In this document: piece by piece, positions 9,538-18,346 of the stretch
Numbering within the stretch: the first letter of the stretch is position 1
How the letters are laid out: each line of letters starts with the position of its first letter
IMG/VR virus record: IMGVR_UViG_3300034069_000907
Coordinates: 4,016-68,015 of that record
DNA from: a virus
DNA: 64,000 bases
Strand: one strand, 5' to 3'
Position numbers and translations under genes: made by a program
Notes under the pieces: model-generated
Database searches by the model: none
Told to the model about the DNA's origin: nothing
The model's input: only the letters and a program-made list of their open reading frames with translations

Positions 9538-10164
9538 ATGGATTTGACCGTCATTCGCCGCCCCTCGACGGAGGCGATCCTCGCGTTCGTCACGGTGCAG
9601 GACGTGAAGACGTCCGAGCGCATCACGCACAGCCGAGAGGATAGCCTGATCGAGGATGGCATTCTGGCCGCCTACGACTTCCTGGACGGGCCCGACGGCT
9701 GGATGAACGGCTACTTCATTCTCGAGTCGGAGGTGGAGCTTCACGTCGGGTCCATCGGCAACGTGCTAGAAATCTCTGCCCGTCCCATCGTCAACGAGCA
9801 GGCGGTGCTGTTCGAACGCCGTGCGGACGATGGCTCCTATGTGGGCGTGCCGGCAAGCGACTTCACCATGGCCCGCCAGGATGGGTGTGTGGTGCTTGCC
9901 ACGCTGTCCCGCAGTGCCTTCGCCACGCCGACGGGTGGCATCGTGAACCCGCGAGCGTACCGACTCACCTTTCTCGCCGGCCAGGCCGACAAGGAGAAAG
10001 TGCCGGCCAGTATCCGGAAGGCGATTATCCTCCTCGCCTCGCACTATTACACACACCGCGAGGCGGCCTTCGCGGATCCGCGCACCGGCGCCGTGTCCCG
10101 CGAGATCGAGTTCGGCGTCAAAGCGCTCTGCGGGCGCCTACGCTTCCATGTGGATCACTCCTGA
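9538..10164 (+). CDS. head-tail connector (HK97 gp6 / SPP1 gp15-like)
   Basis: VTVQDVK...EDSLIEDGILAA, VPASIRKAIILLASHYYTHREA motifs; gene position. Confidence 0.88.
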   Translation: MDLTVIRRPSTEAILAFVTVQDVKTSERITHSREDSLIEDGILAAYDFLDGPDGWMNGYFILESEVELHVGSIGNVLEISARPIVNEQAVLFERRADDGSYVGVPASDFTMARQDGCVVLATLSRSAFATPTGGIVNPRAYRLTFLAGQADKEKVPASIRKAIILLASHYYTHREAAFADPRTGAVSREIEFGVKALCGRLRFHVDHS

Positions 10165-10514
10165 TGCCGTCAGTTCCCGCCGGCCGCCGCTCGACCTTCG
10201 TGGAGCTCCAGCGCGCAACTGAGACGCGCGATCCCAAGACTAACGCGCGTGTCCGCACTTGGGCGAAAGTTTCGGAGGCCTGGGTCTCATTCCTGCCCAT
10301 GCGCGGCACGGAGGATTACGTCGATGAGGCCCGGATTGGGCAAGTCGTCGTGCGGCTTGAGGGCGACATGTTCGACCTCGCTGAGGCGCGCAATGAAGAT
10401 CGAATCCTCGAGGTTGATACCGGCCGGATAGTGGACATCAAAGCCGTTCTGCCGAGCCCGGATTTTCGCGACAAAATCCGGATTGAAGGTACTCAGGGAG
10501 AGGGGGCGCGGTGA
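10164..10514 (+). CDS. head closure / head-tail adaptor (SPP1 gp16-like)
   Basis: TGATG coupling at 10162-10166; GRR..VELQRATETRD...WA...AW..FLPMRGTE pattern. Confidence 0.82.
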   Translation: MPSVPAGRRSTFVELQRATETRDPKTNARVRTWAKVSEAWVSFLPMRGTEDYVDEARIGQVVVRLEGDMFDLAEARNEDRILEVDTGRIVDIKAVLPSPDFRDKIRIEGTQGEGAR

Positions 10515-10858
10515 TGTCGATAGTGCCGACCGTCGATTTTCATTTCCGTCGTAACTCCAATGAGCCCGCAATTGCATGGGATTTAGAGGCGGAGGATGGA
10601 GCTAAAGCGGATCTATCTGGGTACGAAGTGGAGTTGATTATTGTTTGGCGAGAGCTTCGGATTGTCAAAAACTCGGGCGACAACAACGGCTTGGTAATTG
10701 ACCGCGATACTTCCCGTGTCACCTGGACACCCACTCTGGAAGAGAGCCGGAAGATTCCAGCAGCAAGAAGCTCGGTCTACGAGCTGTACGGAACTTCTTC
10801 CTCAACCCGCATTCCGCTTGTTACCGGATACCTGATCGGATCCGGCGGAATTACCTGA
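10511..10858 (+). CDS. small beta-rich structural adaptor (BppU N-terminal-like)
   Basis: DLSGYEVELII...GLVIDRDTSRVTWTPTLEES...YEL pattern; family is a by-eye guess. Confidence 0.6.
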   Translation: MMSIVPTVDFHFRRNSNEPAIAWDLEAEDGAKADLSGYEVELIIVWRELRIVKNSGDNNGLVIDRDTSRVTWTPTLEESRKIPAARSSVYELYGTSSSTRIPLVTGYLIGSGGIT

Positions 10859-10899
10859 ACTAAACCCTTGAAATCGAAATACCTCACAGGAGATAAGTC

Positions 10900-11295
10900 A
10901 TGGCGGGATTTTCCGATTACGTTGAGAATGCTGTTCTAAATTGGCTTCGGGGTACGGCAATGCCGACTCCTCCTGCCGGGCAGTACGTCGGCCTTTTTTC
11001 AGCAGACCCCACTGATGCAGCCGGCGGCGGAACCGAGGTCACGACCGCCGTGCGTACCGCGGGCCGAGTTGCGGCGACTTTCAGCGCACCGGATGCGAAC
11101 GGCAAGATCGCCAACTCGGCACTGATCGACTTCGGGAATGCAGCCGGTCCCGCGACCGTCTCGCACTTTGCCGTATTCGATGCGGCTACTGGCGGCAACA
11201 AGCTCTGGTCCGGCCCCCTTGCGGCCTCGAAGAGTGTTGCCGCAACCGATCCCGTCGCCTTCGCGGCCGGTGCGCTCAGCCTGACTTCGGATTGA
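10900..11295 (+). CDS. conserved phage structural / fibre-associated protein (131 aa)
   Basis: AGGAGA SD; SDYVENAVLNW...YVGLFSADPTD...HFAVFDAATGGN motif widespread in phage neck and tail modules. Confidence 0.8.
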   Translation: MAGFSDYVENAVLNWLRGTAMPTPPAGQYVGLFSADPTDAAGGGTEVTTAVRTAGRVAATFSAPDANGKIANSALIDFGNAAGPATVSHFAVFDAATGGNKLWSGPLAASKSVAATDPVAFAAGALSLTSD

Positions 11296-11305
11296 GCCTT
11301 CCGCG

Positions 11306-12736
11306 ATGACGATTGCGCAACGTATCACCGTCCGGCTCGGCCCAGACACTCACCGCGTGCGGGTGCCAGGTCTGCACGCCATAGCCCCAGGCGCATTGCT
11401 CGCGGCGGTGATCGCTCTCTCGGATCCTGCGGCGAATCTTACAGTTGGCAAGGCCCTGGCCGCCGACGTGAGCGCCTCCAGCATCGGTCAGGGCGCGCTG
11501 ACGGCCAGCAAGCCTCTGTCGGTCAGTGTTGTTGCGCAGTCGGTCGCGGCGGCATCGCTCTCGATAGGTAAGACCTTCGACAGCGCAGCCTTCGCGACTT
11601 CAAGCGCAACCGGCGTTCTCACGATCCGCCAAGATTTGTTCGGCGCCGGGCCCTCCACCAGCCTCGTTGCTGCCGATCTCATCGTTGGCAAGTCGCTTCA
11701 AGGCGATGTGACAGCGGCTTCCACCGCCGCTGCCGCTCTGACGCTCTCACAGAATCTGGCGGCTAACGTAAACGCGCCAGCCGTCACCACTGCGGTGCTC
11801 ACCGTGGCGCGTAACATGGACGCGACTGCGCTGGCGCAATCCAGCACAAGCGCAACGCTCAACGTATCCCGGGCTTTGGCCGGCGCTGCTACGGCCACCT
11901 CGCTTGCTGCCGCAGCCCTGACAATTACCAAGGGGCTAGCCTCCGATGTGTTTGCCCAGAGCACGACGAGCGCAGTGCTGACGTCTGCCGCCGCTGAGGA
12001 CACCGATGCGGCGGCCTACCTCAACGCGCAGACCACCGCGCCCAGCAGTACAGAACGCTCGCTAGTCAATGCCCTGGTGAAAGGGCTCAAGTCGGACGGC
12101 GATTGGGCCAGCCTCGACAACATCTCGATCTTCGCGGCCGAGACGGTGCAGGCCGCGCGCCTCAACCTCAAGAACCCGGCCAAGGCTTGGTCGGCCATCA
12201 ACCTACCGACGTTCACCGCGAACCGGGGCTACACGGGAGACGGCGCTTCGGCCTATCTGGACCTGGGAGATCTCTGGAATGCGACCGGCAATCAGTTCTC
12301 GCTGAACAGCGCCACCATCGGCGTCTGGTGCAATCTCCAGGGCGGGACCGGCGTGAAGTCCCCGTTCGGCAATCTCGCGAACAACCCTCGCGACACGGTT
12401 CAAGCCCGCGACACGGCTGGGAATGAGACGATCCAGATCAACCAGACGGCTGCCGACACCTTGCAGGCAAGCCCCGGGACACGAACAGGGCACCGCTCGA
12501 TTAGCCGGACAGGGGCGAACGCGGTCTCAGGCTTCTTCAATGGGGCTAAGGTTCTGACCTCCACCACCGTATCAACGAACATCAACACCACAAACGTATC
12601 AGTTCTCCGAAGCGGTACCGGCTATACGGATGACCGTATTGCTTTGCTCTACTGGGGCGCAGGCCTCTCCGACGCTGCCCTGGCGCGCATCCACAATCGC
12701 TTTAGTGCTTACCTCACAGCAAAAGGAGCCGCTTAA
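11306..12736 (+). CDS. fibre-like protein: nine 20-aa repeats plus C-terminal lectin/LamG-like beta domain
   Basis: Exact 20-aa periodicity at 11438-11977; C-terminal domain resembles an internal domain of 13030-16095. Confidence 0.75.
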   Translation: MTIAQRITVRLGPDTHRVRVPGLHAIAPGALLAAVIALSDPAANLTVGKALAADVSASSIGQGALTASKPLSVSVVAQSVAAASLSIGKTFDSAAFATSSATGVLTIRQDLFGAGPSTSLVAADLIVGKSLQGDVTAASTAAAALTLSQNLAANVNAPAVTTAVLTVARNMDATALAQSSTSATLNVSRALAGAATATSLAAAALTITKGLASDVFAQSTTSAVLTSAAAEDTDAAAYLNAQTTAPSSTERSLVNALVKGLKSDGDWASLDNISIFAAETVQAARLNLKNPAKAWSAINLPTFTANRGYTGDGASAYLDLGDLWNATGNQFSLNSATIGVWCNLQGGTGVKSPFGNLANNPRDTVQARDTAGNETIQINQTAADTLQASPGTRTGHRSISRTGANAVSGFFNGAKVLTSTTVSTNINTTNVSVLRSGTGYTDDRIALLYWGAGLSDAALARIHNRFSAYLTAKGAA

Positions 12737-12990
12737 TGTCTGATATTCTCCTGTTCTACATCATGTCCGCGCTACAGGCCGCTCGCTTCCGTGAGCTCAC
12801 CGCGCAGGATGAGAACCGTCTCGATCCCCGCCTAGTGGATGCGGGCCCCCAGGCAGGAAAGTACGTGCTGCCCAAGCGCATCCGCTTCGCGGAAGAATTC
12901 AAAGCCCATTGGGACGCTTTCGATATGCTGACTGAAGTCGCCATCGATCGCGACGTTGCTTGGCCCCCCGCAGCTTCAGAAGAGCAGTAG
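12736..12990 (+). CDS. hypothetical protein (possible fibre chaperone, 84 aa)
   Basis: TAATG coupling, AAGGAG SD; position directly after a fibre gene. Confidence 0.65.
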   Translation: MSDILLFYIMSALQAARFRELTAQDENRLDPRLVDAGPQAGKYVLPKRIRFAEEFKAHWDAFDMLTEVAIDRDVAWPPAASEEQ

Positions 12991-13029
12991 CTCACAGTAA
13001 ATACCGCTCGCTATTTGGGGAGCTGAAAA

Positions 13030-16000
13030 ATGGCAAAAGAGACAAGACTTGTACCCGGTGCTTCCAGGGTTTCGGGCACTCAATATGTGAGGGCCCCCGG
13101 AGATGGCGATCTATGGGTCGAAATCACCGAGTGGCCGATGGCGGGTGATGTGCCTCATCCCACCATGAAGGGCCAGTTCCTGCGACATACGTTGCCCAGC
13201 ATGGCAGGCCCCAATGGGGTCGGCGGCAAGCGGGTGTCGATGGATAACCTTATCGCGTCTATTGTTTCGGCCAGCTCCAAAGCCATGATGATTTTTGGAA
13301 GCCCTGGGGTTGCTTACGCAGGATCAGCCTTCAGCTTTCAGCCGATCATTTTCGGTGGTTCAGGATCCAAATCATTCACCCTGTCCGGAGTGCTTCCGTC
13401 CGGATGGTCGTTTTCCTCATCGACTGGCTTGCTCTCTACTTCTTCAGCAATCGTCGGCATGTTCACCGGGCTCGCCATCACGGCGACCGATGCGGCTGGA
13501 GTATCCGCGACGCTGCCCGTCACGTTGATCGTCGCCGCCACCATCGAGGCGGCCTCGTACTTCAACCGGATGACGACGAAGCCTGCCGCAGGCGTCGTCT
13601 CGGCGCTCGACACCATGATCTCGACGCTCCGCACCAGCACCGCATGGGCGAAGCTCGATAACCTCTACTTCTTGGCGCAGGACACCTATCAGGCGGCCTT
13701 GCTGAACATCCTCGGCGCGCATCCGCTCCGCGTGGCCGGCTCGCCCACGTTCTCGGCCCGCGGTGGCGTAGCAGGCGCGGCAAACGCTTCGCTCACCAAC
13801 GGCGTGGTTCTGAGCGAGGGCACGCTCGCCAATTACTCCCTGAACTCCGGACATGTTGGCGTCTTCGTGGGAGCGGCGTCAGCCTCTACCTCGCCAATCG
13901 CCGGCACCGGCGCGACCTTCACGACCCAGTTGCTGGCGAGGTCGGCAGGCGGGAACGCGGGCGGCAAGATCAACGGCGGCACCACCATGTCTGCCGCCGT
14001 GGGAACCCGGGGGGGGCATACGGTCGCCTCGCGGACGGGGGCCGCCGCAAGCGCTCTGTATCGAAATGGTGGGGCGGCTCTCGCAACGACGACGAGCGCA
14101 CCAACCGCCGTCCCGGTCTCGCCTCTCTACGTGCTGCGCGACGATACCGCCTACGCGACGGACACAGTTGCGGCCTTCCACTCAGGGGCCGGGCTGACGC
14201 AGGCCGAGAACCAAATCGTCTATGACGCCCTGAACACCGCGATCACCGCCATCACTGCTCTCGGCCCCGCGCCAGCGGCAAACGCCAATGACTTCGACGT
14301 GGTCGTTTACGGCGGCACCCTCTCGGGCCTGATGGCTGCACAGCGGGCTGCCAACCGGGGCGCTCGCGTGGCCATCGTGGAGCCGAGTGCCGAGCTTGGT
14401 GGCGTCGGCCATCACGGTCTGACCTACTTCGATCTCGGCCTCCGTGGCTCCTACCTGCTCGCCAACAACGGCACCGATCGGTTCTTCAAGGCGATCAACG
14501 CGGCCTACGGGCAGGCGGCCCCACTGACGGCGGCACAGAAAGCGGAGCCGAAGGTCTACGATCAGGTCTTCGCCACGACGCTCGCGCAGACGCGGGCCAC
14601 CACATTCCTATCCTCGCCGCTGGTGACGACGGCCGACGTTCAGAAGGCCGGGTCCGCCATCACGGGCATCAAGACGGCGAGTGGCTGGATCACGGGCCGG
14701 CAGTTTATCGATTGCTCGTACGAGATGGACTTGGCGGCCCTGGCTGGCGCTCCCTACCAAGTCGGACGTGAGAGCGTGTCGACTTACGGCGAGCCAGCGG
14801 CAGGCTTCTCGGCCAAAAGGGTCGCCAACGGCGGGTTCAACTACGGGGTCGACGGCGTCACGCCGAACAGCGGCTACCCCGTGCGTCCGCGCCCGGCGAC
14901 GGCGGACGGTGCGGGCGACGGCTTGATCCAGCCCTACAGCTTCCGCTTCCCGATCACGACGGCGGCTGACCGCTTGCCCTTCCCGGTCCCGCCGGGCGGT
15001 TACATCGCCTCGAAGATGGATCAGTTCGTCGCCGTCCTGACGTCGAAGAACGTCCAGCAATTCACGAGCGTGATCTATGTCGGCGGCGACACCGCGTTGC
15101 AAAACAACAAGTTCTGCATCAACGGCTCTCAGGCCAACATCATCCCCTCGCTGGAGCTTCCCGGCGTCCAGGCCGGCTACCCGGATGGCACCCCGGCGCA
15201 GCGGCAAGCGGTGATTGATGAGCTTCGAACGTGGACCCTTCACGTCCTCTACTGCCTACAGAACGATCCACGCATCAGCGCTAGCCTGCGCACGAGTGCA
15301 GCGGCCTACGGTCTCTGCAACGACGAGTTCGTGAACAACCCGATCAAGGGCTTCCCGAACCTTCCCTACATCCGCGAGAGCCGGCGCCTGAAGGGCGCCT
15401 ACGTGATGACGCAGCTCGACGTCCTTCGGGCGGACAATGCGAACAACACCAGCGGTGGAGCGCGGAACAACGTCAAGGCCAACCGCATCGGGCAGTGGAA
15501 CTACGCGCTCGACTCCCATGCGATGGAAATTTACCCGGACGGCACGAACAACATCGTCGTCACCGGCAACGTTGACCCGAAGTATTCCGAGGTCGACACC
15601 TACGACGTCCCATTCACGGCGCTGCACACGGATCCTGCTGGCGCTGGTCACGTCGCGAACCTGACTGTGCCGCAGTCCTACTCGGCATCCTCCGTTGCCT
15701 GGATGTCGGGTCGCCTCGAGCCCAACTTCGCTCAGCTAGCAGAAGCCGCAGGCGAAGCGGCGATGATCGCGGCGGAAGACGGCGTCGACATCTCGGCGGT
15801 GTCCTACACCAAGCTGTCTCGTCGCCTCGGTTCACCGGTGAACACGGCGCTCCCGGTAATCACGGACACCGGAGGTGGCACCTATTCTGTCTCTAACGGC
15901 ACCTGGAACTTTAGCCCGACAAAGTATGATTTCCAGTGGAAGCTAAATGGCGCGACGGTCACGACCGGTAACGGCGCTGCGACCTACACGAGAGATCCTG

Positions 16001-16095
16001 CGGACGCAGGAAAAACCCTGACGTGTGCCGTGATTGCGACCAATATCTCCTCGGCAGCGCAGGCGGTGTCCACTGGCCTGATGGTAGCGGCCTGA
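13030..16095 (+). CDS. multidomain protein: Ig-like, lectin/LamG-like, FAD-dependent oxidoreductase (PF12831-like), Ig-like
   Basis: FDVVVYGGTLSGLMAA...VAIVE Rossmann motif; FIDCSYEMDL, VGRE...YGE, YIRESRRLKG, YDVPF, LEP..AQLAEAAGEAA; SGVLPSGWSFSSSTG He_PIG-like; PVIT..GGTYSVSNGTW..PTKYDFQW Ig-like. Confidence 0.88.
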   Translation: MAKETRLVPGASRVSGTQYVRAPGDGDLWVEITEWPMAGDVPHPTMKGQFLRHTLPSMAGPNGVGGKRVSMDNLIASIVSASSKAMMIFGSPGVAYAGSAFSFQPIIFGGSGSKSFTLSGVLPSGWSFSSSTGLLSTSSAIVGMFTGLAITATDAAGVSATLPVTLIVAATIEAASYFNRMTTKPAAGVVSALDTMISTLRTSTAWAKLDNLYFLAQDTYQAALLNILGAHPLRVAGSPTFSARGGVAGAANASLTNGVVLSEGTLANYSLNSGHVGVFVGAASASTSPIAGTGATFTTQLLARSAGGNAGGKINGGTTMSAAVGTRGGHTVASRTGAAASALYRNGGAALATTTSAPTAVPVSPLYVLRDDTAYATDTVAAFHSGAGLTQAENQIVYDALNTAITAITALGPAPAANANDFDVVVYGGTLSGLMAAQRAANRGARVAIVEPSAELGGVGHHGLTYFDLGLRGSYLLANNGTDRFFKAINAAYGQAAPLTAAQKAEPKVYDQVFATTLAQTRATTFLSSPLVTTADVQKAGSAITGIKTASGWITGRQFIDCSYEMDLAALAGAPYQVGRESVSTYGEPAAGFSAKRVANGGFNYGVDGVTPNSGYPVRPRPATADGAGDGLIQPYSFRFPITTAADRLPFPVPPGGYIASKMDQFVAVLTSKNVQQFTSVIYVGGDTALQNNKFCINGSQANIIPSLELPGVQAGYPDGTPAQRQAVIDELRTWTLHVLYCLQNDPRISASLRTSAAAYGLCNDEFVNNPIKGFPNLPYIRESRRLKGAYVMTQLDVLRADNANNTSGGARNNVKANRIGQWNYALDSHAMEIYPDGTNNIVVTGNVDPKYSEVDTYDVPFTALHTDPAGAGHVANLTVPQSYSASSVAWMSGRLEPNFAQLAEAAGEAAMIAAEDGVDISAVSYTKLSRRLGSPVNTALPVITDTGGGTYSVSNGTWNFSPTKYDFQWKLNGATVTTGNGAATYTRDPADAGKTLTCAVIATNISSAAQAVSTGLMVAA

Positions 16096-16175
16096 ATAAA
16101 TTCTACCCATAACATCGATTCGGCTGGGGCTTTGATTAAGGCAACCAGCCAAATCTCAAGACTCTGGAGGCAAAA

Positions 16176-16676
16176 ATGCGAGGAATTCTTGCGTTCGTCT
16201 GCGGTGCTCTGATCGCAGCGGCGACGCCTGCTGCCGGCGATTATATTCCCTACCGAGACAAGGCAGGCGGCGACGTCCAGCCGTTCGTGCTATTCTGCTC
16301 TACCGGCGTCGGCTACGCGGCTGCGGCTTGCGGTGGGCCGACGACGCCCATGTTCGTCCTCTCGATGCCTTTCGTAAGATCCGGCACCGGGGATCCAATC
16401 ATTTTCGAAGGCGTCACCACCACCGCCAAGCAATTCGCCGTCACGAAACCGCCGGACGCCACCTCCTACCGGTTCTTGAATCCGTGCAACGTCGATGTCC
16501 GGATCCGGCGGGTGTCCAGTATGTCGGAGAGCGTGACGCTTCGGACCGGGACGCGGTTCTTCGCCAGGACGGCCGAGACGCTCGGCACGAGCAATCCCAT
16601 GTTCGTCTCGATCATCGCCACAGCAACCCCGACCGGTGATTGCTCCCCTGAGCTCCAGTACGGGAACGGCGGCTGA
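16176..16676 (+). CDS. predicted secreted protein (Sec signal peptide, 4 Cys in mature part)
   Basis: GGAGG SD; MRGILAFVCGALIAAATPAAG-D signal peptide pattern. Confidence 0.75.
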   Translation: MRGILAFVCGALIAAATPAAGDYIPYRDKAGGDVQPFVLFCSTGVGYAAAACGGPTTPMFVLSMPFVRSGTGDPIIFEGVTTTAKQFAVTKPPDATSYRFLNPCNVDVRIRRVSSMSESVTLRTGTRFFARTAETLGTSNPMFVSIIATATPTGDCSPELQYGNGG

Positions 16677-17464
16677 TGCGCGCCCTCATCGCACTTCTCA
16701 TCTCGGCGGCGCTGATCGTCGCTCCTGCGCACGGCTCGCCCCGCGCAGTAAGCCCCATGATGGGCGACGGCGTGCCGCGTGCTGCCGGGCCTGCCGGACC
16801 GCAGGGAGATTCTGGGCCTGCCGGCGACGCGGGGCCGAAAGGAGAGACCGGGCCCGCCGGCGCTCCGGGACAGGCTGGCGCCAAGGGCGACACGGGGCCG
16901 AAGGGCGACGCCGGGGCCACCGGAACCGCCGGCATCAAGGGGGACAAGGGCGATGCAGGTGCGAAGGGTGACACGGGAGCGGCGGGAGCAACTGGCGCTC
17001 GCGGCCCTCAAGGAGATCCGGGGAATCCGGGCGCGAGCGGCCCTCAGGGAGTCGCTGGAGCCGCCGGGGCGCCTGGGAAGGATGGTGCTCAGGGTAGCCC
17101 GGGGGTGGCTGGACAGGTGGGAGCGACGGGAGCTCCAGGTGCTCCAGGCGCGACAGGTGCCGCCGGCCCCGTAGGCCCGGCGGGCCCGAAGGCCTCGCAA
17201 TTCGTCTGCAACGCGACGATCAGCGAGACGATCGCGCTGGCCGTCACTCTGGCCGGGATCCGGGAGCGCGCCGGCGTCACCTGCGCGGGCGTCCTGACCA
17301 CGGACATCCTGGAGATCTACCCGACGACGCTCCCGACTGGCTTCGCCGTGCACCACGCGGTCCCTACGGCCGCCAACATCTTCCGGGCGACGATCAGCGG
17401 GCCCGCGCTGGCGATCGGCGCCTCCTACTCCATCCCGGTCGCGGTCTATTCGGTGAATCGATGA
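16676..17464 (+). CDS. collagen-like protein with signal peptide
   Basis: MRALIALLISAALIVAPAHG-S; 45 uninterrupted Gly-X-Y triplets counted; C-terminal globular domain with 2 Cys. Confidence 0.9.
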   Translation: MRALIALLISAALIVAPAHGSPRAVSPMMGDGVPRAAGPAGPQGDSGPAGDAGPKGETGPAGAPGQAGAKGDTGPKGDAGATGTAGIKGDKGDAGAKGDTGAAGATGARGPQGDPGNPGASGPQGVAGAAGAPGKDGAQGSPGVAGQVGATGAPGAPGATGAAGPVGPAGPKASQFVCNATISETIALAVTLAGIRERAGVTCAGVLTTDILEIYPTTLPTGFAVHHAVPTAANIFRATISGPALAIGASYSIPVAVYSVNR

Positions 17465-17859
17465 GCACGGCAATTGAGGTGACGATCCATCGGCTCCTTG
17501 CGGTCGACGCTGTCACGGCGATCGTCGGCGAGGACATCAATCCGGACACCGCCGGCGCGCCGCTGCCGAGCATCGCTCTGGACGTAGTGACGGATCGGCC
17601 GTGGGAAGGCCTAGCGAAGTCAAGCGGCACGAACCAAGCCCGGGTGACGGTGAAGCTGCGCACGCGGGAAGCCCTGCAACTCAGCGACCTCGGCGAGGCG
17701 GTGATCGCCGGCCTCAGCCGGGTCAAGGCGACGGTGCAGGGGCGGCGGTGCTCCTGGATGCGCGCCGGCGCCGACGTGACCAGGTGGGCCGACGACGCCA
17801 GCATGTGCGAGCGGCTCATGGATTGGACCGTCACGTACACGGACAAGATCGAGGCCTGA
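17461..17859 (+). CDS. tail terminator (DUF3168 / SPP1 gp17-like)
   Basis: HRLLAVDAVTAIVGEDINPDTAG..LPSI, ARVTV pattern; gene position. Confidence 0.8.
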   Translation: MSTAIEVTIHRLLAVDAVTAIVGEDINPDTAGAPLPSIALDVVTDRPWEGLAKSSGTNQARVTVKLRTREALQLSDLGEAVIAGLSRVKATVQGRRCSWMRAGADVTRWADDASMCERLMDWTVTYTDKIEA

Positions 17860-17860
17860 C

Positions 17861-18274
17861 GTGGGCGACTTCAAAGACGTGTCGGCCATGCTGCGCCGGA
17901 TGGCGCGCAACCCGTCGCGGAATCAGCAGCGGGACGCGCGCCGCACCGCGCTCGAGCCCCTAGTGGAGACCGCCAAGGGTATCCTCCAGCAGAACGGCAA
18001 CAAAATCACGGGCGCGTACATCGAGTCCCTCGGCGTTGCCGAGCAGGATCTCCAGACCTCGGCCGCCGGCCCGATCGCGGGCAAGCGCCACTCGAGCCTC
18101 GGCGTGCTCCTGGAGTTCGGCACCGCCCCACACTTCCAGCCGCGTCGCGGTGTCATGCACCCCGGCGCGCAGGCCTTCCCCCACATGCGCCCCGCCTTCG
18201 ACAGCACCAAGGGTGTCGTCGTCGCCACGCTGGGACGCGAGCTCGTCGGCGCGATCTTCAATCGCCCGCGCTGA
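17861..18274 (+). CDS. HK97 gp10-family neck/tail protein
   Basis: LLEFGTAPH and AFPHMRPAFD motifs. Confidence 0.85.
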   Translation: MGDFKDVSAMLRRMARNPSRNQQRDARRTALEPLVETAKGILQQNGNKITGAYIESLGVAEQDLQTSAAGPIAGKRHSSLGVLLEFGTAPHFQPRRGVMHPGAQAFPHMRPAFDSTKGVVVATLGRELVGAIFNRPR

Positions 18275-18346
18275 TTTCGCCTGAAAACGACGCACCCGGC
18301 GTCCTGGTGAAAATTCGAATTCCGGGAAATTGGAAAAGGAAACGAA

